DNA of 64,000 nucleotides, taken from NCBI RefSeq assembly GCF_963921235.1, contig NC_086097.1, positions 3,720,001 through 3,784,000 on the forward strand. The letters are read 5' to 3'. Both the position numbers and the translations under genes were made by a program. Source of the DNA: Mobula hypostoma. Its lineage: Eukaryota. Positions 12,401-24,400 of this stretch are shown one piece after another. The notes below the pieces were generated by a model. The model did not search any database, was not told where the DNA came from, and saw only the letters and a program-made list of their open reading frames with translations. Within the stretch, counting starts at the first letter, position 1; each line of letters opens with the position of its first letter.

Positions 12401-15400
12401 TCAAAACAGAAAGTTCTGTATAGTACTTTTTCCTTTCAAAGAGGGAAGAGAATGGGAAAGCTGAAGAAAAGTGTGCAGGGAATTCCAGTAAACCGGAGCA
12501 GAGAGGTAGAGAAGTACAGAGCGGCCGGCTGAGAAGAGAGGATGGTGCACAGGGAATTGGCAGCACGCTGAATGATGGGACGTTGCAGTTGAGTTTTGAC
12601 TTGATTTAAGTTGCAGATGTTAATATTTGACTTCATTGCAGGGTCTGAACTCTGCAATGGATAGTCCCAAGCCCGACTTCGAAAGGGGGGGGGGTCGGGT
12701 TGGGCTTGGGGGCAACAACCCTGTCCTGTAAAAACCCAGAGCTACAAAAACACCAGCAGAAGCTCGAAACACCTTACCCCTGGGAGAGGAAGACTCTTCG
12801 AAAGCAAGCTACACCTGGGGACAACCTGAAGGAGACTGGCCCAGGGCAGAGGAGTCTGGCGAGCTGCTGTTGGTGGCTGATGCCCCAGTAGGGGTGATGG
12901 TCATAGGTAAGCAAGTGATGTCTAAGCCTACACCGTCAGTGCTGACTACTCGCCCACTCACTTGCTTACACACTGACTAGGTTACTGAACACGGAGTCTC
13001 GAAAGGAGAGGCAGGGAAGTAGCACAGTAACAGTGAGAAGGCCATAAGATATAGGAACAGATTTAGGCCATTGATCCATTGAGTCTACACCGCCATTTCA
13101 TCATGGCTGATCCATTTTCTTCTCTCAGCCTCAAACTCCTACCTTCTCTCCACATCCCTTCATGTCCTGACTCATTATGAATCTATCAACCTCTGCTTCA
13201 AATATACCCAATGACTTGGTCTCCACAGCTGCCAGTGGCAACAACTTCCAAAGGTTCACCACCCTCTGGCTAAAGATGTGGAGAAGAGGAGTGTGTGGAA
13301 GGAATAGGTCTGGCTGAGTGTTTAGCAAACTTCTGAGAGAGAAGGAAAGTGGTGGTTGTGCTGAACTACCTGCAGCAGTGTCGGTGATGTGGCCCGCTCT
13401 ATGGGAAGTAACGGTTGGTGGGGCCCATTCCTGTGGCTGGACTGAGCTACATTTCCCTAGAGGGACTATAACAGCCCCACACTCTGGTCCAGCAGCGCTA
13501 TCCCCTATACAACCTGGTCCTCAAATGGTTAAAGTTCAAAGTAAATTTATTATCAAAGTATACATCACCATATAGTTCTCTGAGATTCGTTTTCTTGGGG
13601 GTATACACACTAAATACACAAGAAATACAATAGAATTAATGAAAAGCTGCACACAACAAAAACAGACAAACAACCAATGTGCAAAAGACCACAGACCATG
13701 CAAATACAAATGAGAAAATGAAATAATAACAATAAATAAATAAGTAATAACTATGAAGAACATGAGACGAAGGGTCCTTGAACATGAGGTCATAGGTTGT
13801 GGAAACAATTCAGTATTGGGTGAGTGAAGTTGATGAGGCTGTCCCCTTTGGTTCGAATGCCTGATGGTTGAGGGTTAATAACTGTTCCTGAACCTGGTAG
13901 TGTGAGCCCTGAGGCTCCTGTACCTTCTTCCTGATGGCAGCAGTGAGAAGAGAGCATAGCCTGGATGGTGGGAGTCCTTGAAGATGGATGCTGCTTTCCT
14001 GCAATAGCCCTCCTTGTAGATGTGCTCATTGATGAAGAAGGAGTTTCCTATGACGGACGGGGCTGTATCCATTGAAAAGCGATGGCTGTTGGCCAAGTTT
14101 CCCAACTGGAGTCACCAAACAGTAAGGTATAAAATGCATAAAGAGTGTTTCTGTAGAACCATAGAACATTACAGCACAGAAACAGGCCTTTTGGCCCTTC
14201 TTGGCTGTGCTGAACCATTTTTCTGCCTAGTCCCACTGACCTGCACCTGGACCATATCCTTCCATACACCTCTCATCCATGTACCTGTCCAAGTTTTTCT
14301 TAAATGTTAAAAGTGAGCCCGCATTTTCTGTGTGAAGAAGCCCCCCCGCCAATGTTCCCTTTAAACTTTTCCCCCTTCACCCTTAACCCCATGTCCTCTG
14401 GCTTTTTTCTCCGCTAGCCTCTGTGGAAAAAGCCTGCTTGCATTCACTCTATCTATACCCATCATAATCTTATATACCTCTATCAAATCTCCCCTCATTC
14501 TTCTATGCTCCAGGGAATAAAGTCCTAACCTATTCAACCTTTCTCTGTGAGTTTCTCAAGTCCCGGCAACATCCTTGTAAACCTTCTCTGCACTCTTTCA
14601 ACTTTATTAATATCTTTCCTGTAATTCACAATACTCCAAATTCGGCCTCACCAATGCCTTATACAACCTCACCATAACATTCCAACTCTTATACTCAATA
14701 CTTTGATTTATAAAGGCCAATGTACCAAAAGCTCTCTTTACGACCCTATCTGCCTGTGACGCCACTTTTAGGGAATTTTGTATCTGTATTCCCAGATCCC
14801 TCTGTTCCACTGCACTCCTCAGTGCCTTACCATTTACCCTGTATGTTCTACCTTGGTTTGTCCTTCCAAAGTGCAATACCTCACACTTGTCTGTATTAAA
14901 CTCCATTTGCCATTTTTCAGCCCATTTTTCCAGCTGGTCCAAATCCCTCTGCAAGCTTTGAAAACCTTCCTCACTGTCTACTACACCTCCAATCTTTGTA
15001 TCATCAGCAAATTTGCTGATCCAATTTACCACATTATCATCCAGATCATTGATATAGATGACAAATAACAATGGACCCAGCACTGATCCCTGTGGCACAC
15101 CACTAGTCACAGGCCTCCACTCTGAGAAGCAATTCTCTACCACCACTCTCTGGCTTCTTCCATTGAGCCAATGTCTAATCCAATTTACCACCTCTCCATG
15201 TATACCTAGCGACTGAATTTTCCTAACTAACCTCCCATGCGGGACCTTGTCAAAGGCCTTACTGAAGTCCATGTAGACAACATCCACTGCCTTCCATTCA
15301 TCCACTTTCCTGGTAACCTCCTCGAAAAACTCCAATAGATTGGTCAAACATGACCTACCACGCACAAAGCCATGTTGACTCTCCCTAATAAGTCCCTGTC

Positions 15401-18400
15401 TATCCAAATGCTTGTAGATTCTGTCTCTTACTACTCACTCCAATAACTTACCCACTACCGACGTCAAATTTACCAGCCTATAATTTCCCGGATTACTTTT
15501 AGAGCCTTTTTTAAACAACGGAACAACATGAGCCACTCTCCAATCCTCCGGCACTTCACCGGTAGATACTGACATTTTAAATATATCTGCCAGGGTCCCT
15601 GCAATTTCAACACTAGTCTCCTTCGAGGTCCGAGGGAATACCCTGTCAGGTCCTAAGGATTTATCTACTCTGATTTGCTTCAAGATAGCAAGCACCTCCT
15701 CCTCCTCAATTTGTATAGGTTCCATGACCTCACTACTTGTTTGCATTATTTCCATTGACTCCATGCCAGTTTCCTTAGTAAATACAGACACAAAAAAAAC
15801 ATTTAAGATCTCCCCCATTTCTTTTGGTTCCATACATAGCCGACCACTCTGATCTTCAAGAGGACCAATTTTATCCCTTACCATCCTTTTGCTCTTAATA
15901 TACCTGTAGAAGCTCTTTGGATTATCTTTCGCCTTGACTGCCAAAGCAACCTCATGTCTTTTAGCCCTCCTGATTTCTTTCTTAAGTTTTATTTTGCACT
16001 TTTTATACTCCTCAAGCATCTTATTTGCTCCCTGTTTCCTATACATGTCATACATCTCTCTCTTCTTCTTTATCAGAGTTCCAATATCCCCTGAGAACCA
16101 AGGCTTTATCCCTCGATCGTGACCCCACTAAGGAGCACCAGGCCATTGTCTCCCACATCATCACTGACTTTATCCGCTCAGGTGATCTCCCATCCACTGC
16201 TACCAACCTTATAGTTCCCACACCTCGCACTTCCCGTTTCTACCTCCTACCCAAGATCCACAAACTTGCCTGTCCTGGCAGACCTATTATCTCAGCTTGC
16301 TCCTGCCCCACCGAACTCGTTTCTGCATACCGCAACACGGTTTTATCCCCCCTTGTTCAATCCCTTCCTACCTATGTTCATGACACCTCTCACGCTCTTA
16401 AACTTTTCGATGATTTTAAGTTTCCTGGCCCCCACTGCTTTATTTTCACCATGGATGTCCGGTCCCTATATACTTCCATCCCCCATCAGGAAGGTCTCAA
16501 AGCTCTACGCTTCTTTTTGGATTCCAGACCTAATCAGTTCCCCTCTACCACCACTCTGCTCCATCTAGCGGAATTAGTCCTTACACTTAATAATTTCTCC
16601 TTTGGCTCCTCCCACTTCCTCCAGACTAAAGGTGTAGCTATGGGCACCCGTATGGGTCCTAGCTATGCCTGCCTTTTTGTTAGCTTTGTGGAACAATCTA
16701 TGTTCCATACCTATTCTGGTATCTGTCCCCCACTTTTTCTTCGCTACATCGACGACTGCATTGGCGCTGCCTCCTGCACGCATGCTGAGCTCGTTGACTT
16801 TATTAACTTTGCCTCCAACTTTCACCCTGCCCTCAAGTTTGCCTGGTCAATTTCCAACACCTCCCTCCCCTTACTAGATCTTTCTGTCTCTATCTCTAGA
16901 GACAGCTTATCCACTGATGTCTACTATAAGCCTACTGACTCTCACAGCTATCTGGACTATTCCTCTTCTCACCCTGTCTCTTGCAAAAATGCCATCCCCT
17001 TCTCGCAATTCCTCCGTCTCTGCCGCATCTGCTCTCAGGATGAGGCTTTTCATTCCAGGACGAGGGAGATGTCCTCCTTTTTTAAAGAAAGGGGCTTCCC
17101 TTCCTCCACTATCAACTCTGCTCTTAAACGCATCTCCCCCATTTCACGTACATCTGCTCTCACTCCATCCTCCCACCACCCCACTAGGAATAGGGTTCCC
17201 CTGGTCCTCACCTACCACCTCACCAGCCTCCGGGTCCAACATATTATTCTCCGTAACTTCCGCCACCTCCAACGGGATCACACCACGAAGCACATCTTTC
17301 CCTCCCCCCCCTCTGCGTTCTGCAGGGATCGCTCCTTACGTGACTCCCTTGTCCATTCATCCCCCCCCCCCCCGTCCCTCTCCACTGATCACCCTCCTGG
17401 CACTTATCCGTGTAAGCGGAACAAGTGCTACACATGCCCTTACACTTCCTCCCTCACCACCATTCAGGGCCCCAGACAGTCCTTCCAGGTGAGGTGACAC
17501 TTCACCTGTGAGTCGGCTGGGGTGATATACTGTGTCTGCTGCTCCCGATGTGGCCTTCTATATATTGGCGAGACCTGACGCAGACTGGGAGATCGTTTTG
17601 CTGAACACCTACGCTCTGTCCGCCAGAGAAAGCAGGATCTCCCAGTGGCCACACATTTTAATTCCACATCCCATTCCCATGCTGATATGTCTATCCACGG
17701 CCTCCTCTACTGTAAAGATGAAGCCACACTCAGGTTGGAGGAACAACACCTTATATTCCGTCTGGGTAGCCTCCAACCTGATGGCATGAACATCGACTTC
17801 TCTAACTTCCGCTAATGGCCCACCTCCCCCTCGTATCCCATCCGTTATTTATTTTTATACACACATTCTTTCTCTCTCTCTCCTTTTTCTCCCTCTCTCC
17901 CTCTGACTATACCCCTTGCCCATCCTCTGGGCTTTTCCCCCCCTCCCCCTTTTCTTTCTCCCTGGGCCTCCTGTCCCATGATCCTCTCATATCCCTTTTG
18001 CCAATAACCTGTCCAGCTCTTGGCTCCATCCCTCCCCCTCCTGTCTTCTCCTATCATTTTGGATCTCCCCCTCCCCTCCCACTTTCAAATCTCTTACTCA
18101 CTCTTCCTTCAGTTAGTCCTGACGAAGGGTCTCGGCCTGAAACGTCGACTTTACCTCTTCCTAGAGATGCTGCCTGGCCTGCTGCATTCACCAGCAACTT
18201 TGATGTTGTTGCTTATTCTTATTCACTTTGCCTTTAGTCCTGACAGGAACATACAGACTCTGCACTCTCAAAATTTCTCCTTTGAAGGCCTCCCACTTAC
18301 CGATCACATCCTTGCCAGAGAACAAACCGCCCCAATCCACGCGTTTTAGATCCTTTCTCATTTCTTCAAATTTGGCCTTTTTCTAGTTTAGAACCTTAAC

Positions 18401-21400
18401 CCGATGACCAAATCTATCTTTACCCATGATCAAGTTGAGAGTAATGGTGTTATGATCACTGGAACCAAAGTGTTCCCCAACACACACTTCCCTCACCGTT
18501 AATAAAAAGATAGAAGATGCCGGAGAGTGGCAGCAGGTGAGGAAAGTGAATTATTAATGTTTAGAGTTATAAAGAAATATTAATGGAGTTATTGACTCAA
18601 ACCCGTAACTCGGTTTCTCCCGATGCAGATGGTATTTGGATTGATGACTTTCTCCAGTAACACGCTGAAAATGCTGAAGGATCTCGGGAAATGAGGCAGC
18701 ATCTATGGAGGGGAGTAAACAGTCAGACCCTTCATCATGCCGAGATGAAACCTATCGAATATTGGAAAGCCTAGAAAGACTGGATGGCAGAGGGCATTTC
18801 CTATAGTGGGAGACACAGCCTCAGAATACAGGTACATCCATTTAGAACGGAGATGAGGAGGGATTTCTTTAGCGGGAGGGTGGTGAATCTGTGGAATTCA
18901 TTGCCACAGGCAGCAGTGGAGGCCAAGTCATTGGGTGTATCTGAGGCAGAACTTGATAGATTCTTGATTAATCAGGGTGTGAAGGGATACGGGGAGAAGG
19001 CAGGAGACTGGGGCTGAGAGGGAAAATGGATCAGCCATGGTGAAATGGCAGAGCAGACTCAACGAGTCAAATGGCCTAATTTTGCTCCTATATTTTGTGG
19101 TCTTAAAAGCTTAGTTTGGACAAGATCAGGGTCCTAATGAAGGGGCTCGGCCTGAAACACTAATTGTTTATTCCTTTCCAGAGACACTACCTGACTTGCA
19201 GCGTTCCTCCGGCATTCTGTGTGTGTTAACCTGGATTTGCAGCATCTGCAGAATCTGTCCTGATGAAGGGTTTCAGCCTGAAACGTCAACTGTACTCTTT
19301 TCCTAGATGCTGTCTGGCCTGCTGAGTTCCTCCAGCATTTTGTGTGTGTTGCTCGGATTTCCAGCATCTGCAGATTGTCTCTTGTCTGCAGAATCTCTTG
19401 TGTTTATGATTTATCCCTACAACATTTACTGATTTTGTTTTAGATTTCCAGCATCTAATTTCTTTCTTGCTTTATTTATCTTTAAGATATTTCCTTGCCT
19501 TCAAGAGAAAAGGTTGCTGACTAGCTTTTTGAAAATTATACTATGAAGAAGTCAATTTTGTCCAACTTGTCTGCAGCTCAGCATAAACTTTTTGAAGTTC
19601 ATCCTGCAATCTAAATAGAGTCAGGTCCATATGGAGCTGAAAGCAAACTTCTGCAATGATATATCCACGACAAGGAACTTAGTCCGAAGAGAAAAAGACA
19701 AATTCCTAACTGTCGATGTGATCGAGTCTGAATGTGGTTGCCAAACAACAACATTTTGGACAGTGTTACTAATATTTATTTAGTAAATCACTTTGGCTGT
19801 CACTTTGGAAACAGTTCACACAGAAACTGAGTTTGCAAATCAATAGTTGAACTTGGAATTTGTCTGACCAACATTCTTCCATTGGTTTGAGAAACTTGAG
19901 TTTTCTATTTCAGAAAAATTGCATACCAAAAACCAAAAGTCATTTTGCAATTGTGTTATTAATGCATGTTCCCAAGTAACTGCTTATAAAGCAGATCAAA
20001 TTTGAAATATGTGCGCTATCTGAACTGGTTCCTTGGCTGTGTCCTGCAGGCATTGGGCTCCTGGGGTGGCTTCACTCAGCTCAGCACTGAATTGGACTCA
20101 TTTTCCGGGACTCTGCAGTTCATGTTCTCTGTGTTATTTGTTTTCCTTTTTTTATTGTTTGCGCAATTTGTTCTCTTTTTCACACATTGAGTGTTCATTG
20201 GTCTTTGTTGTGTCAGGTTTTTTGTGAATTCTGTCGCACTTCTTTGTTTTGAGGCTGCTTGCAAGAAGATGAATCTTCAGGTTGTATATGGTATACATAC
20301 TTTGATAATAAATATACAGTACTGTGCTAAAGTCTTAGGTACATTTATATAGCTAAGGTGCCTAAGACATTGCACAGTACTGCAATTGTCAATGTGGAGC
20401 AGAGAGCAAGTTTGTAAATCTAGCATGAGCAAAAGATGTTGGGAATGGTGGGGGTAGAGCTCTGTGAGAAGGGAGTGGGACAGGTGGCAGAGGAGTGCCA
20501 GGGTAGCAGGTGGCGCAGGTGCTGGATCGTATGGGTTTAAATAGGTTGCAGGTGATAGAAACATAGAAACATAGTAAATAGGTGCAGGAGTAGGCCATTC
20601 GGCCCTTCGAGCCTGCACCGCCATTTATTATGATCATGGCTGATCATCCAACTCAGAACCCCGCCCCAGCCTTCCCTCCATACCCCCTGACCCCTGTAGC
20701 CACAAGGGCCATATCTAACTTCCTTTTAAACATAGCTAATGAACTGGCAGGTAAACCCCTGTTAGCTGGGTGGAGACTGGGCCTGTCAAGAACCCTATTC
20801 ACCCTTCATGTGATCAACGTTATCAGGTTGTAGGGATTCCCTTCTCTGGCATTCATTAGGACCTGGAGAATGATGAAGGTGGCATTAAGAGCATTAAGAT
20901 GCACACTGAGTAATCATGAGCCGAATTATGATCCAGTGGTCAGAGGTCTGTGTTTCACCTACTTCTCTAACATTTTTAAATATATATTGGCTTTCCAGCA
21001 GGTGTCTCAACTTGCCTGGTCAAAATACAGTGAAGGAAAATTTTAACTGACAAGTTATTTAGTCTATTTTTCACAGCATTTCAGCTTATAATGCCGTGGT
21101 TTCCATGGCAACAGGTTCAGAACAATCAGTTGTACAGTTTTGAAGTATGTCTTTCCTTTGCACTAAGGTATAGTTTTTGCATACCTTTTTGTTTTCTCTT
21201 TCATCACTGTCTTGTATAATATTATATCTCTGCGTTGTCTGCACCTACGTACCTGAGATGCAGTTGACTGGCATTTTCTCATTGGACCTGCACCTCACCA
21301 TGACAATAGACGATCCAGGAACGCCCAGCTTCTCACTTCATTCCCCCTCATCTGGATTCACCTTTCACCTTTCACCTTGCCCCTCCTCCTCAACTTCTTA

Positions 21401-24400
21401 TTTTAGCTTCTTCCCCTTGCCTTTCCAGTCTAGGTGAAGGGTCTCGGCCCGAAAAATTGCCCCTTGCCCTGCATAGATGCTGCCTGACCTGATGAGTTCC
21501 TTCAGCAATTTGTATGTGTTATTTTGGATTCCTAGCATCTGTAGAATATCTTGTATTTAGGATTAGTACTTTGTAAACGAATTGCTGGTCTTGCTTTGAA
21601 TTTTATAGGGTCTTCATTCAAGTTCAAATTTGTTGTCATTTGACTGTACACATATACAACCAAACGAAACAATGCTCCTCCAGACCACAAATCATACATC
21701 ACACATAGCACATCAAACTAAACATTACCATAAATAAATTAATAAAATATACTGTAATTCAAAATGCATCTGGCAACTTACAGAAGGACAGACATGTATC
21801 TGAACCAGGTGAACTGGACCTCCTTTCTCAGGAAGGCCATTGGAGAGCTGGAGGAGAGGTTGCGGGCTTTGGGACACTTCCTCTGAGCAACATGTAAGGC
21901 ATACATGCAGTTTTGGGCGAACTTTAAAGGACTTAAGGAGAAGAAACAAATGGCAATTTTGAAATATTCTATGTATTTACGTTCTACGTGAAATAGATCA
22001 TTTCTCAGAGATACAGCTGTGAAATGACTGAACCAAAGGGAGTGAAGAAAAGGCTGAGTCACCACGTCTGGAAGAGAGGAAGGGATGGAATTTGAGATGA
22101 AACCTGCAACTTTTATGTCTCTGTCCGGTTTAAAGTTCAAATTCCACTTGAGACATGAATAGGCTGAGGCATGGTTGTTCTACCTCATGGATATTTATCA
22201 GGGGAATTTCTCAAGCCACATGGGGAGTTCCATCTCAAACAACCAACTAAGAGGCACTATTATTGAGGGCCTTATAACTGCATGGTTCCTCAAGATTATT
22301 AATTGTAGCCGGGGGGGGGGGGCGGGGGTAGTAGTGAGGATAAGCTCCCACTACCTATTAAATGCTCCCAATGGTGTGCGTCTCAATTAATCTCTGACAA
22401 CCCAGTCCAAATCCTAATCTTCATGAACGGCTAAGCTACTAAACCCAGCGGAACCATTTCTACTGACAGGAGAAGGTACAAAGAATGGTTACTAGCACTT
22501 TAAAACCCATCACTTCAAGCAGATGGGGCTCGTCAGCTGAGGGTGGCGGCTCATCTAGAAGAAGGAAAACTCTGATCTTAAACCTCCACTGCCTAGCGGC
22601 TACACCCACTCACGGCCAAGGCTTTGGGAGTAAACCTCGAGGGAAAATCCAGAGCTGGAGTCCCTAAGGCAACGCTATGTTAAGGTCAATGCTGACGGAC
22701 AACTCCTGCAATGCTACAGGTGCTAAAGTGTATTGATCCCTGCTGTTTCTCTGGGTTCAACAGCAGCATGGAGAAGGGGAGCATCCATATTGTACTGCCC
22801 TGGCCTGTGTACCGGCTTGGATATGGCAACTAAACTGCCACATCCATGCTCGACCGAACTAACAGAGGGCCGCCATAATTGCATGGCCCAAAGCTAACAG
22901 AATCTGATTACTTACAGCAATAGGAATGTTGGTTCAGCTCATTTCAAACTGCTTTGCCTCCCTTTCTTTCAGTCACCAAAACAGGCACTTTGAGCTTGAA
23001 AGCACTTTAGTCTCTTTCAGATGGGGTGTGCAGCGAGGGGTAGCACCTCTGGTGAAGGGGCTTGTTGTGTCCATTCTGGGGCACCTCACTCACCTTTGAT
23101 CCCACCGGACACTCAGCTCTCAGCTGTGGCTGCAAGTAGCTGTTTGCGTGTGACAGCGGCCACACCGCGGTACAGCTCTTTGCCAGGTGGATGGAACCAG
23201 TTGAGAGTAACTGGCAGGGCTCATACCCCGGTGAGATAGAGTCATGCCTGTCCTAGCTTGTGAAGTCAGCTCTTGCGGACTGGACAGATGAGATCTACAG
23301 TGAGATCCAATGGCCAGGAAGGCTTTTCTGCAACGTTCCACAGAGAGTGAAGGGCAAGACAAGGCACCGAAGACATCATGGTCATCCACTGCACCCAAGG
23401 AGGACCCCAGTTTGTGACAACTACTCGTATCACCGGACACAAACTTCGGACGTCAAGAGAGTGGAACTGTCCCAGTGCAACAGCTTTACCACTTTCAAAG
23501 CTCTCCCACACAGGGCTCCTGTCATTGTTGGATATGACAGACAACCACCTCATACATTTCAGACTTAATTTTGTGCAGTCTCACAGCTAATATAGGCCCT
23601 CCATTGTCAGGGTCAACCATGGATGTTGCAACCTAGGTGACTATGTTTACGAAGGCCGGAACAGTATGAAATGGAGAACAAGCTGTTGCCCATGCAGGCT
23701 CCCTCTCTCCACGCAGATGATGAATCCAAAGAAACAGTGGAGACCAATACAGTTGGCACCAGCAGCATCACACGAGTTGTCAGTCAGTGTTGAACTCAAC
23801 ATAGGACTACCTTAGGAACGCCAGCTCTGGATTTTCCCTCGGGGTTTACCCCCGAAGCCTTCCCCATGAATGGGTGTAGCCACAAGGCAGCAGAAGTTTA
23901 AGATCAGAGTTTTCCTGTCCTGGATGAGCTGTCGACTATGGCTGATGAACCCCAACTGCCCTGAAGTGGTTAGTGTTTTCCCCCAATAATATCAATCTGT
24001 TAGCCAGAGAGAACTAAAAAAAAAATGCTTTTTCATTTTTCATTAACTTGTCCTCATGCAGGATTCCATAAAGGTTAACCTCCAGGTTGAGTCTGTGGTG
24101 AGGAAGGCAAGTGCAATGTTGGCATTATTCATTTCAAGAGGATTAGAATATAAAAGCAAGGATGTAATGCTGTGGCTTTATAATGCATTGGTCAGACGCA
24201 TTTGAAGTATTGCGAGCAGTTTTGGGCCCCTTATCTAAGAAAGGATGTGCTGGCATTGGAGAGGGGCCAGAGAAGTTTCACAAGAATAATCCCAGGAATG
24301 AGAGGGAGAACACATGATGAGCATTTGATGGCTCTGGGCCTGACTTACTAGAGTTTAGAAGAATGAGGCTTGATCTCATTGAAATGTACTGAATGTTGAA

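Larger units (their letters stand above)
14150..18497 (-). mobile_element. CR1-clade LINE (ORF2 RT region and 3' end), split by the Penelope insertion
   Basis: ORFs 14607..15407 and 15435..16055: [35 protein letters not shown]; ttctatg-type tail near 14155. Confidence 0.92.
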
